From Clostridia bacterium (GTDB taxonomy: Bacteria > Bacillota > Clostridia > Christensenellales > CAG-138): DNA of 64,000 bases. The stretch covers positions 29,609-93,608 of the forward strand of contig JAEDIC010000002.1 in assembly GCA_016292635.1 (NCBI GenBank). Reading direction: 5' to 3'. Shown piece after piece: positions 1 to 9,090 of the stretch (positions are counted from its first letter, which is position 1; the number at the start of each line of letters is the position of its first letter). The position numbers and the translations under genes are program-made. The notes beneath the pieces are model-generated. The model saw only the letters and a list, made by a program, of their open reading frames with translations. It was not told the origin of the DNA and did not search any database.

Positions 1-183
1 TTTATCATGGATTCCAAGGAACCTACTGCAAGCTACAGAGACTTTATTTGCAGCGAGGTCCGTTACGCAGCACTGGAGCGTCAGTTCCCTGAACAGGCTG
101 AGGCATTGTACAAGCAGTCTGAAAACGAGGCTATGGATCGGCTCAGCACATATAAGAAGCTGCCCAGACTGTTTTCTGAATAA
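1..183 (+). CDS. pyruvate:ferredoxin/flavodoxin oxidoreductase (PFOR/NifJ), C-terminal end; 5'-partial at window edge
   Basis: Frame 1 is open from the window edge to TAA at 181-183. The tail FIMDSKEPTASYRDFICSEVRYAALERQFPEQAEALYKQ matches the conserved PFOR C-terminal pattern LDSK.P...F...E.RY..L...FPE.A as I remember it. Confidence 0.65.
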   Translation, partial: FIMDSKEPTASYRDFICSEVRYAALERQFPEQAEALYKQSENEAMDRLSTYKKLPRLFSE

Positions 184-198
184 GGAGGCTGATGCGAA

Positions 199-993
199 AT
201 GGTTAACGAAACAACAAGGAAACTGACAGATGCAATAATGAAGTGCATCCGTCCTCTTACGTATCCGGTAGCTGTTAAGGTAATAACTAAGGATGACGAT
301 ATTCCTCGCCCTGATAGGGCAAGAACCGTTACAGAGCTACTGGGGCATCCAGTGGCGTTTTGCCAGGGATTTGGCTTGGTACGCAGATTTGGTTATACAT
401 TGGTTTTTGATGAAGCGTGCCATGCCTGCCCTCCGGGGCTTATATATACCGGATATTATCCTCCCGATGTGATACATGAGGGCAATAATGCGGTTCCGGG
501 ATATGCAATCGATAAAGCTGCCGGTGCTGCGATGGAAGCACCAAACGCTCTTATCCCTCTTGGCAAGGTAAAGGAGTTTTGGCTGTCGCCCCTTGAAAAG
601 GCGAAATTTGATCCGGATATAGTTGTCGTATACGGCAATCCTGCGCAGATCGCACGTTTGATCCACGCAAACAATTATAGTACCGGCGAAGGTATTGCTA
701 ACTTGGCGTTTGGCAGAGCGGCATGCAGTGGATACATTTCCGCTGTATATAACTCACAAAAGTGTAACTATGTAGTGCCAAGCGGAGGCGAGCGCGTTTT
801 TGCGCTTACTCAGGACGATGAGATGATCTTCTCAATACCATCGGCACAGTTCGAGAAGGTCACCGAAGGACTTGAGAGCACCCATAAAGCCGGACTTGTA
901 CGCTATCCCACTCCTTATCAGGGTATGAAGGCAGAGCCGAAATTCCCGCCATATTATTGGAATAATGTTCCAGAAGAGCGGCGAAAAGGATAG
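199..993 (+). CDS. DUF169 family protein
   Basis: 264-aa ORF with AAGGAGG 11 nt upstream. The N-terminal LTYPVAVKV block and overall size resemble DUF169 (COG2043). Function unknown. Confidence 0.55.
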   Translation: MVNETTRKLTDAIMKCIRPLTYPVAVKVITKDDDIPRPDRARTVTELLGHPVAFCQGFGLVRRFGYTLVFDEACHACPPGLIYTGYYPPDVIHEGNNAVPGYAIDKAAGAAMEAPNALIPLGKVKEFWLSPLEKAKFDPDIVVVYGNPAQIARLIHANNYSTGEGIANLAFGRAACSGYISAVYNSQKCNYVVPSGGERVFALTQDDEMIFSIPSAQFEKVTEGLESTHKAGLVRYPTPYQGMKAEPKFPPYYWNNVPEERRKG

Positions 994-1052
994 GCAAAAG
1001 ATGAAAAAAATGCTACAATATTTATATTAGTGTTTGGGAAAGAGGGATAAGT

Positions 1053-1808
1053 TTGAGACAAGGTGATTCGATTCTGTATGCAATCAAACAGATGATTTAC
1101 AACGACTATAAAATGGGCGAGAAGATTCCCACAGAAGCCGAATTGGAAAAGATGTTTGGTGTAGGCAGATCAACAATCAGAGAGAATCTTAAGGTTCTTT
1201 CGGCAATGGGTTTGATAGAAAGGCGCAACAAAGGTACTTTTATTACAGATAATACCAGAGGTTGCCTAATTGAACCCTTCAATATGATTGTTAGCTTGCG
1301 CAAGGATAATTTCCAGTATTTGCAAGAACTTCGCGAAATATTGGAAATAAACATAATCGTGCTTGCGATGGAACGAATCACTCCCGAGGATATTCGCGTT
1401 CTGGAGAGGCTGCATTGGGAGATGCAGAACCCGGATTTTACATCAGAGTATTTTCTCCAGCATGATGCGGCATTCCATAATGCTATTGCACAGGCTACTG
1501 GCAATGATATTCTTATTGAATTGCTTTCTGCGGTTCGGTGGGTGATTATGCAAAACATGAAAAAGGCCAGCATGGATCCTGCCATACAGCGGATAACCAT
1601 TCAGGAGCACAGAAATATTATCGATGCTCTGAAAGAAAAAAATCTTACGAGCGGACTTAGTTATATGAAGTCTCATCTTAAGACATCCCAAAAGATACAC
1701 GTTCATGCCAGCGAGCAAGAATGCGGTGAAGACTTTGATAAGGTTGAAAACGGAGACGCCGTGTCAAATGTTTTCCCTCTCGCTCTCATTAAAAACAGCA
1801 CCCCTTAA
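1053..1808 (+). CDS. GntR family transcriptional regulator (FadR/FCD subfamily)
   Basis: N-terminal winged HTH KIPTEAELEKMFGVGRSTIRENLKVLSAMGLIERRNKGTFI followed by an all-helical FCD-like C-domain. A TTG start is preceded by AGAGGGA. Confidence 0.85.
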   Translation: MRQGDSILYAIKQMIYNDYKMGEKIPTEAELEKMFGVGRSTIRENLKVLSAMGLIERRNKGTFITDNTRGCLIEPFNMIVSLRKDNFQYLQELREILEINIIVLAMERITPEDIRVLERLHWEMQNPDFTSEYFLQHDAAFHNAIAQATGNDILIELLSAVRWVIMQNMKKASMDPAIQRITIQEHRNIIDALKEKNLTSGLSYMKSHLKTSQKIHVHASEQECGEDFDKVENGDAVSNVFPLALIKNSTP

Positions 1809-1988
1809 TACTTTCGTTTTAACATGATTTCCTCTGATTTTTAGAGGAAATCATGTTAAACAAGTAGTACTGGACGCGATTCTGATATGTGCCTGTTAGC
1901 ATTTTAACTCATGATGACCTATTTTGACATTACTCAAGAGATATAACTAAAAATAGCAATGCATTTTTCACACTAAAAAATAAATTTG

Positions 1989-2017
1989 TTGACAAGTAAT
2001 TTGTATACAAATATAAT
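1989..2017 (+). promoter_or_regulatory. sigma-A type promoter of the acyl-CoA dehydrogenase/etfBA operon
   Basis: TTGACA (1989-1994), exactly 17 nt, then TATAAT (2012-2017). It lies 34 nt upstream of the ATG at 2051. Confidence 0.7.
1999..2012. promoter_or_regulatory. 14-bp perfect palindrome ATTTGTATACAAAT, candidate GntR-family operator inside the promoter spacer
   Basis: The palindrome is read directly. The GT-n-TA-n-AC core is typical of GntR-family operators. It is adjacent to the GntR gene at 1053-1808. Confidence 0.5.
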
Positions 2018-2050
2018 GTCAGAAAGATATTAGTATAGAGAGGAATAGCT

Positions 2051-3193
2051 ATGGATTTTAAGCTCAGTAAAACTCATCTGTTGCAGCAGGAGCTTTATCG
2101 CAAGTTTGCGGAAGAAGAAATAAAGCCTCTGGCCCGGGATATGGACGAAAATGAAGTCTATGACATGGAGCTTCTCGAAAAGATGAAGAAGCTTGGATTC
2201 TTTGGAATACCCTACTCCAGAAATTATGGCGGAGAAGGCGGAGACAATTTGTCATATGTATTGTGCATGGAAGAGGTATCCAAACAGGATGCCAGTACCG
2301 GAATTACCATTTCTGTACATACCTCTCTATGCTGTTCCTGCATCAATGATTTTGGTACTGAAGAGCAGAAGCAAAAGTATCTGCGCCCCCTAATAGACGG
2401 TAGCAAAATTGGATGCTTTGGTCTGACTGAGCCCAATGCTGGTAGTGATGCTGCGGGACAGCAGACAAAGGCTTATAAGGATGGAGACGAGTATGTAATT
2501 AACGGATCCAAGATTTTTACCACCAATTCAGGATTTGCGGATACATTTGTTGTATTTGCTCTTACTGATCCTGCGGCAGGTACAAGGGGTATCAGTGCTT
2601 TTATTGTAGAAAGGGGTATGCCCGGTCTGTCCGTAAATGCCAATATCCCCCGCATGGGTATTCGGGCGGCTTCCAATTGTGTTGTTAATTACGATAATGT
2701 ACGCGTGCCTGCAGAGAATCTGTTGGGTAAAGAAGGAAGCGGCTTTAAGATTGCTATGAAGGCGCTGGATGGTGGCCGTATCGGCATCGGCGCGCAGTCT
2801 GTTGGTATTGCTCAGGGTGCGCTAAATGAGGCAATCAAATATGTTAAGGAACGCAAACAGTTTGGCAAGCCCATCGCCGCATTCCAAAATACTCAGTTTA
2901 AGCTCGCTGAGATGCAGACCAAGATAGATGCTGCAAGGCTACTTGTATGGCGTGCAGCCGTAGCAAAGGACAATAAAGAGAATTACAGCGTATATGCCGC
3001 AATGTGCAAGCTGATGGCTTCTGAAGTCGCTAATGAGGTTACCCGGGAGTGCGTACAGCTTCTGGGTGGCTATGGGTATTCCCGCGAATATCCCATTGAG
3101 CGCATGATGCGCGATGCAAAGATAACCGAGATATATGAGGGCACTTCTGAAGTAATGAAGATGGTCATATCCGGTTCAATGAAGCTGAAATAA
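2051..3193 (+). CDS. acyl-CoA dehydrogenase (butyryl-CoA dehydrogenase-like)
   Basis: 380 aa with FGLTEPNAGSDA, the C-terminal catalytic-Glu context ITEIYEGTSEVM, and an etfBA pair immediately downstream. Confidence 0.9.
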   Translation: MDFKLSKTHLLQQELYRKFAEEEIKPLARDMDENEVYDMELLEKMKKLGFFGIPYSRNYGGEGGDNLSYVLCMEEVSKQDASTGITISVHTSLCCSCINDFGTEEQKQKYLRPLIDGSKIGCFGLTEPNAGSDAAGQQTKAYKDGDEYVINGSKIFTTNSGFADTFVVFALTDPAAGTRGISAFIVERGMPGLSVNANIPRMGIRAASNCVVNYDNVRVPAENLLGKEGSGFKIAMKALDGGRIGIGAQSVGIAQGALNEAIKYVKERKQFGKPIAAFQNTQFKLAEMQTKIDAARLLVWRAAVAKDNKENYSVYAAMCKLMASEVANEVTRECVQLLGGYGYSREYPIERMMRDAKITEIYEGTSEVMKMVISGSMKLK

Positions 3194-3212
3194 TGTAAAG
3201 GAGATCCGAGGA

Positions 3213-4004
3213 ATGAAAATTGCTGTATGTATTAAACAGGTTCCAGATACAACAGAAGTACGCCTTGACCCGAAGACAAATACCTTGATCCGTGATGGAG
3301 TACCCAGCATTATTAACCCTGATGACAAATCCGGTATAGAATCCGCACTGAGAATAAAAGAAGAAAATCCGGGAACTTCTGTAACCGTGGTTTGCATGGG
3401 ACCTCCACAGGCCGATGTTGCGCTTCGCGAGGCGCTGGCAATGGGGTGTGATGATGCAGTTCTCCTTTCCGGACGCGAGTTTGGAGGCTCTGATACTTAC
3501 GCTACGGCTACCATAATTGCAGCCGGCCTAAAGAAACTGGGGTTTGACCTTATCATTACCGGACGTCAGGCAATAGATGGTGATACTGCTCAGGTTGGAC
3601 CGCAGATTGCTGAGCAAATGAAGATACCCCAGGTCAGCTACGCTGAGGAACTGAGAGTGGAAGGCGACAGCGTGATAGTCAAGCGTCAGTTTGAAGATTG
3701 CTATCATATTGTAAAGGTGAAGATGCCCTGCTTGATAACTGCTCTTTCCGAGATGGCAAAGCCTCGCTATATGACGGTTCGCGGTATTATTGACGCATAT
3801 AATAAGGATATTACTGTATTGGGATTTGAAGATCTTAAAGATCTGTTTAACCCAGAATGGATCGGTTTGAACGGTTCACCCACCAATGTTATGCATTCCT
3901 TTACCAAGCAGGCAAAGGCAAAGGGCACAAAGCTGACCGGCTTAACCGATGACGAAGCTGTTAAAGTTATCGTCGCAAAGTTGGATGAGCTTCACTTGAT
4001 TTAA
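3213..4004 (+). CDS. etfB: electron transfer flavoprotein subunit beta
   Basis: MKIAVCIKQVPD N-terminus and the DGDTAQVGP motif associated with bifurcating group-2 Etf proteins. Confidence 0.9.
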   Translation: MKIAVCIKQVPDTTEVRLDPKTNTLIRDGVPSIINPDDKSGIESALRIKEENPGTSVTVVCMGPPQADVALREALAMGCDDAVLLSGREFGGSDTYATATIIAAGLKKLGFDLIITGRQAIDGDTAQVGPQIAEQMKIPQVSYAEELRVEGDSVIVKRQFEDCYHIVKVKMPCLITALSEMAKPRYMTVRGIIDAYNKDITVLGFEDLKDLFNPEWIGLNGSPTNVMHSFTKQAKAKGTKLTGLTDDEAVKVIVAKLDELHLI

Positions 4005-4019
4005 GAAGGGAGCAGAACA

Positions 4020-5030
4020 ATGAGCAAAGATGTATTTGTTGTAATAGAACAGCGTGAAGGCCACGTACAGAAAGTCGGTCTGGAATTGTTGGGCGAAGCG
4101 CAAAAGCTGGCAGCCGTACTGGGAGAGAAAGTTGTGGCAGTCTTGCTTGGCAGTAATATTGCCGGTAAGGCAAAGATGCTTTACGAGTATGGCGCGGACA
4201 AAGTTCTCGTAGTTGATGATCCGATGTTGCAGCATTATGTAACAGAGCCTTATGCAAAGGCACTTACCACTATAATAAACATATATGATCCAAATGTAGT
4301 CCTCTTTGGAGCCAGTTCAATAGGCCGTGATTTAGCGCCTCGTGTAGCCGGTCGCGTTCATACGGGACTTACTGCAGACTGTACCAAGCTGGACATTGAT
4401 CCTGAAACCAAACTGCTGCTTATGACGCGTCCTGCATTTGGTGGAAATATTATGGCAACCATAGTTTGCAAAAACTATCGTCCTCAGATGGCAACCGTGC
4501 GCCCCGGCGTTATGAAAATGCCTGAGCGCAAGGAGGTGGCCGAGTATGAGCCCGAAATTGTCAGAGTAGCCTTTGAACCTTCTGATATGAATGTTGCTAT
4601 ACTGGATGTACTCCCTAAAACAACCAAGAGCGTGGATATTACAGAAGCCAAGGTTCTGGTATCCGGCGGACGTGCAACCGGTGGCAGCGAGGGATATGAA
4701 CCGCTGCGTAAGCTGGCTGAAGTGCTGGGCGGAGAAGTTGCGTCTTCTCGAGTCGGTATTGACAGCGGTTGGATAGAGAAGGACCGTCAGGTTGGGCAGA
4801 CGGGTAAGACTGTACGTCCTAATTTGTACATCGCATGCGGTATCTCCGGCGCAATACAGCATTTGGCTGGTATGGAAGATTCCGAATTCATTCTTGCGAT
4901 CAACAAAGACGCTTCCTGTCCCATGATGGAAATTGCGGACCTGGGCATTGAAGGTGACATTAAGAAGATAATTCCCAAGCTCACTGAGGAGATTATCAAG
5001 TTTAAGGCATCAAAGGCCGTTGATAAATAG
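4020..5030 (+). CDS. etfA: electron transfer flavoprotein subunit alpha
   Basis: 336 aa with the C-terminal FAD-binding region SRVGIDSGW...QVGQTGKTVRPNLYIACGISGAIQHLAGM. Confidence 0.9.
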   Translation: MSKDVFVVIEQREGHVQKVGLELLGEAQKLAAVLGEKVVAVLLGSNIAGKAKMLYEYGADKVLVVDDPMLQHYVTEPYAKALTTIINIYDPNVVLFGASSIGRDLAPRVAGRVHTGLTADCTKLDIDPETKLLLMTRPAFGGNIMATIVCKNYRPQMATVRPGVMKMPERKEVAEYEPEIVRVAFEPSDMNVAILDVLPKTTKSVDITEAKVLVSGGRATGGSEGYEPLRKLAEVLGGEVASSRVGIDSGWIEKDRQVGQTGKTVRPNLYIACGISGAIQHLAGMEDSEFILAINKDASCPMMEIADLGIEGDIKKIIPKLTEEIIKFKASKAVDK

Positions 5031-5421
5031 AGAATAGACATAGTTATAAATAATTAAAGGCGGTCGTTCAATTTTGGGCGGCTGCCTTTAATTAGCATGA
5101 TTTAAGAAGATCCATCGCGTTATGTATTATAAAAATCTATCGCCAAAATGAAGGGCGCAAATGTTGTTTATGCAAAATACGATGCTGTAATACATTAAAT
5201 GGCGGATGACTCAAAAACAAAACAATATGTAAAACAAAAGAAGAGTAAATGCACGCCCGCCCACAGCCGCCTTTGACATGCCAGCCGGCTTCGGCTAAGA
5301 TGCAACAATAATAATGATCCCTCCCCCCCCCGCTATGCGGGGGGTATTTCAGTTTCGGGCATAGCCCTAATACAACTAGCGGCGCACAAGTGCGCATAAA
5401 GTGCCTGCCAGCTTGCGCTTG

Positions 5422-5724
5422 TTACCTGCCACCCTTAAAAGGGTCTTGCGGGTCAAATATACTCAGCTGGTCCGTTTCTCTGTCTCTCTTTAATTGTTCT
5501 GCTATGTATTCCTTAATAGCTTTTGTGTTCTTCCCTACTGTATCTACATAATACCCCTTACACCAGAATTCCCGGTTTCTATATGCAAATTTCATGTTAC
5601 CATACTTCTGGAATATCATTAAGCTGCTTTTGCCCTTTAAGTATCCCATAAAGCCCGATACACTTATCTTTGGTGGTATACTCAGCAGCAGGTGGATGTG
5701 ATATGCACCCCAAAAGTTAGACAC
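5422..5724 (-). pseudogene. IS200/IS605-family TnpA (Y1 HUH transposase), 5'-truncated remnant
   Basis: The translation YHIHLLLSIPPKISVSGFMGYLKGKSSLMIFQKY...NREFWCKGYYVDTVG is a typical IS200 TnpA but begins at the HUH motif. The first codons (SNFWGA) are read from the inserted IS3-like end. An IS200-style subterminal hairpin CCCCCCGC-TAT-GCGGGGGG lies at 5326-5344. Confidence 0.8.
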
Positions 5725-5939
5725 TCAAGGAGGTGCATATTTAAATGGGAAAAACAGGACGAAAGAATAAAAGGTATACAGGAGAATTCAAGATAGGGGT
5801 TATAATGGATATGAGAGATAACCATATGGGTTATCGGGAAACAATAAGGAAATACTTTCCGGAATTAAAAGCAAAGAACTATGCATTCGTAAAGAAGTGG
5901 GAACGCATAAGTTATGCCATCAATCAGCGTCCATTTTAA
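5704..5939 (+). mobile_element. IS3-family element fragment (left end plus first 64 codons of orfA)
   Basis: TGCACCCCAAAAGTTAGACA (5704-5723) is 19/20 identical to the left end of the IS3 element at 18670-18689. ORF 5745-5939 (KRYTGEFKIGVI...VKKWERI) parallels OrfA of that element (KKYTPEFKKQVV...IMTWERI) and then breaks off. Confidence 0.6.
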
Positions 5940-6720
5940 CCAGTTTCACAGTTTCATATTATTTAACAAAATACCTGCCACAAAAGCCTCAGCATGTGGT
6001 AAGACCTATATGTGGTAAGTTCAGGGGGATTTGACTGCAACATACCCAACAGTTCAGTAATTATATTTGTGCATTCTTTGTGTGGGTTAATTAAATATAA
6101 TTACTATTCAATATTAAGTTATGCGCCCCCCCGCCTCTCTCGTTTCCGAAAAAAACAAAAAGGGAGCTTACCAAGCGCCCGATACCACTAAAAGCCCCTC
6201 GGAGCTCATGTCCGAAACCGAGCTTGGATTCACTCCTTTAAAATATACCCTTGCCCGGGATGAATGGCGATAAGTCACCAGGTTATCCTTATATAAATAA
6301 AAGACATGACATCGGATATCTCACACGGACTCCATCAATACATTATTGGCACGTTAAATACACTAAAAAAGCGTTTTTCAGTAATAAACCCGTTTTTTCT
6401 ACCAGTGAAAACGTCGTGACCCCATTCCTTTTGCCAGTAAAGATTATTTTGCTCAAATCTCACCCGCGCACTTACATGCTATTTAGTTTTTATTGGTAAT
6501 ATAAACGAGGTGCTGCTCAGATGGATCTGAGCATTTTCTTTTTGTGGTGAGATTAATGATAAACAATTTAAGGATACCCCCTTATATAATAGCGCGGTCA
6601 TTGCGTATCGGGCGGAATGATTAAACAAATGGCGAACAGCAGCTGCCTACGCTGCGTGAGGATGTTTTGAGGATAAAAATGCTGAGTGCCTGCGTATGCG
6701 TGGCGGAAACAAATAGATCG

Positions 6721-6960
6721 AAATAGGACTTCGGATATAAAAATGTGATTGAATAAACCCGAAAAGAAAGCGTGATATTATTATACGGAAACAAATATAG
6801 AAACAAAAAAACAAATGTGATTAATGCCAATTTCCCCCACAAAATAGGAATATTTTAGAATCGCAAAGAAACCGATAAAATTTATATTCGAGAAAATAAT
6901 ATAGAAACAAATATAGAAACTAATGGAAAAGTATTGCAATGATGTATCTATGTGATTATA
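6721..6960. repeat. degenerate ~120-bp tandem duplication in the AT-rich region upstream of the TRAP locus
   Basis: An exact 17-bp direct repeat GAAACAAATATAGAAAC occurs at 6788-6804 and 6904-6920. AAATAGGA occurs at 6721 and 6842. ATGTGATT occurs at 6743, 6815 and 6950. The block order is the same in both units. Confidence 0.8.
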
Positions 6961-6962
6961 AT
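6934..6962 (+). promoter_or_regulatory. candidate promoter of the SDR-TRAP operon
   Basis: TTGCAA (6934-6939), 17 nt, then TATAAT (6957-6962). Confidence 0.5.
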
Positions 6963-7040
6963 GACAAATATAATAAAAACTCTAACCCACAACACATCAA
7001 TCCAATTAACCAAAATTTTGCTTAGGAGTGGATGTTCCCA

Positions 7041-7856
7041 ATGAAACATATGTTTGATATCAGTGAAAAGATAGCTGCCATTACCGGCGGCGGAGGCGTT
7101 ATCTGCGGTACTCTTGCCAAAAAGATGGCGGAATGCGGCGCAAGAATAGCAGTGCTGGATTTATCGCTTGAAGGTGCTCAGCGCACGGTGGATGCAATAA
7201 CCGAAGCCGGAGGGGATGCGATTGCTGTTGCTTGCGACGTTCTCAACAGAGAAAGCATTGAGCAGGCAGCCGGCAAGGTAATAGAGCGCTACGGACGGAT
7301 AGATATACTTATAAACGGAGCCGGTGGAAATCATCCAAAGGCAACCACCGGCCCGGATCACAGCTTTTTTGATTTGCCCCCTGAGTCTATAAGATGGGTA
7401 TTCGACCTGAACTGCCTCGGTTCTATAATGCCTACTCAGGTATTTGGCAAGTATATGGCAGAGCAGGATGGCGGCAGTATAGTAAACATCGCCTCCATGT
7501 CCAGCTTCAGGCCGCTGACGAAAACGCTGGCTTACAGCTCCGCAAAGAGCGCAGTAGCAAACTTTACGGAATGGGCAGCTACCCATTTTGCTCAGGAGTA
7601 CTCCTCAAATATAAGAGTAAATGCCATTGCTCCCGGATTTCTCCTCACCACTCAGAATTATTATCTTCTCAAAAATGAGGACGGCACCGATACTGCACGA
7701 GGAGAAGCTATCATGGCAAACACTCCGATGCGCCGCTACGGCGAACCCCAAGAGCTTGCCGGTGCAGTAATATTCCTCTGCTCTGAGGCAGCAAAGTTCA
7801 TTACCGGCGTAGTGTTGCCTGTAGACGGTGGCTTTAACGCATACAGCGGAGTATAA
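7041..7856 (+). CDS. SDR family oxidoreductase (sugar-acid dehydrogenase/reductase-like)
   Basis: ITGGGGVICG Rossmann motif, NGAGGNHPKATT and YSSAK catalytic motif. The ORF opens at 7032, but the ATG at 7041 has better spacing from AGGAG at 7024. Confidence 0.85.
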   Translation: MKHMFDISEKIAAITGGGGVICGTLAKKMAECGARIAVLDLSLEGAQRTVDAITEAGGDAIAVACDVLNRESIEQAAGKVIERYGRIDILINGAGGNHPKATTGPDHSFFDLPPESIRWVFDLNCLGSIMPTQVFGKYMAEQDGGSIVNIASMSSFRPLTKTLAYSSAKSAVANFTEWAATHFAQEYSSNIRVNAIAPGFLLTTQNYYLLKNEDGTDTARGEAIMANTPMRRYGEPQELAGAVIFLCSEAAKFITGVVLPVDGGFNAYSGV

Positions 7857-7936
7857 CTCAAATACAGTGTAATTAATTTGAAAGCCGACTGAAAACACAG
7901 ACAGCTTTCGCAAAATAAAACAAAGGGAGAAAGAAA

Positions 7937-8998
7937 ATGAAAAAATTAATCAGCATCCTCATGGTACTGGCTATGGCTCTCAGCCTGGTAGCTTGCGCTG
8001 CTCCCGCAGCAGAAGAAGCTCCTGTGACCGAAGAAACCTCTGTAGCTGAGACCGAAAACGCCGAAGAAGAACCTGCCGAAAAGTACGTTCTTAAGTTCAA
8101 TCACGTTCTCACCGATAAAGATCCTTATCATGAGGCATATCTGAAGTGGGCAGATGCCGTTGCCGAGAGGACCAATGGCGGCCTGACCATCGAAGTATTC
8201 CATAGCGGTCAGCTGGGTGTTGAAGAAGACATCATCGAACAGATCCGTGCCGGCGCCAACGTAGGCCAGAACACCGACTCCGCTCGTCTGGGCAACTATG
8301 TTCCCGACATCGCCGTTATGAATGCTCCTTACTTTGTAGAGAGCGTTGAAGAAGTACAGCAGCTCGCTGAGCTGGACACCGTAAAGGGCTGGATGGATCA
8401 GCTCGGTCAGGAATCCGGCATTAAGGTTCTGTCCTTCATGTGGATCCAGGGCTTCCGTCACATGGTAACCAACAAGCCCATTTACTCTCCTGAAGATCTG
8501 GCTGGTCAGCTTATCCGTACCCCCGGCGCTCCCATCTGGCAGGAGTCCATACGCGCTCTGGGCGCTGAGCCTGTTGCTCTGAACTTCTCCGAACTCTACA
8601 CCGGCGTTCAGACCAAGGTTGTTGACGGCGTTGAGAACGTTTACACCTCCACCTACAGTTCCAAGCTCTACGAAGTACTGTCTTACCTGAGCGAGACCGG
8701 TCACATCCTGCTGATCAACTTCGCAGTATGCTCTCAGGAATGGTTTGACAATCTGCCCGAAGAGTATCAGGTAATCCTTGAGGAAGAGTGCATGAAGGCT
8801 GGTCTGGAGTGCTCTCTCAAGCTCATGAACGAGGACGCTGCCGCTGCTAAGCAGGGCCTCCTCGATGCCGGCATGACCATCCTTGAGCCCGAAGATATCG
8901 ACATGGACGCTTTCCGCGCCGCTGGCGAAAAAGCTTACGAAGTACTGGGCCTCACTGAGGTTCGTGACGCAGTATGGGCAGAAATGGGCAAGAAATAA
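7937..8998 (+). CDS. TRAP transporter substrate-binding protein (DctP family), lipoprotein
   Basis: Signal peptide with lipobox LSLVAC. The DctP-like core starts KFNHVLTDKDPYHEAYLKWAD. DctQ and DctM genes follow. Confidence 0.9.
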   Translation: MKKLISILMVLAMALSLVACAAPAAEEAPVTEETSVAETENAEEEPAEKYVLKFNHVLTDKDPYHEAYLKWADAVAERTNGGLTIEVFHSGQLGVEEDIIEQIRAGANVGQNTDSARLGNYVPDIAVMNAPYFVESVEEVQQLAELDTVKGWMDQLGQESGIKVLSFMWIQGFRHMVTNKPIYSPEDLAGQLIRTPGAPIWQESIRALGAEPVALNFSELYTGVQTKVVDGVENVYTSTYSSKLYEVLSYLSETGHILLINFAVCSQEWFDNLPEEYQVILEEECMKAGLECSLKLMNEDAAAAKQGLLDAGMTILEPEDIDMDAFRAAGEKAYEVLGLTEVRDAVWAEMGKK

Positions 8999-9090
8999 TC
9001 CTTTAAAAAACTAATCAGAGTTACTCAATGCGGTGCGGCATTTATACGCCGCACCGCGTGTATAACGGCTGCAAGATAGTCAAAAGGGGA

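Noticed and set aside
5961-6000. A ~38-nt stretch about 70% similar to 21451-21490 (shared AGCCTCAGCATG core).
   Set aside because: The similarity is short and does not extend on either side. No structure or coding signal is shared. It is possibly ancient IS debris, but it is not supportable.
6251-6499. 82-aa plus-strand ORF and a ~45-codon minus-strand ORF (…RFEQNNLYWQKEWGHDVFTGRKNGF…) in the IS-debris region.
   Set aside because: There is no RBS and no recognisable family. The region is AT-rich, decayed intergenic sequence. It is possibly a fragment of a lost gene but cannot be called.
6788-6920. Could the repeated GAAACAAATATAGAAAC be a CRISPR array?
   Set aside because: There are only two copies, 17 bp long and AT-rich, separated by 99 bp. 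They lie within a larger degenerate duplication and there are no cas genes. This is not CRISPR.
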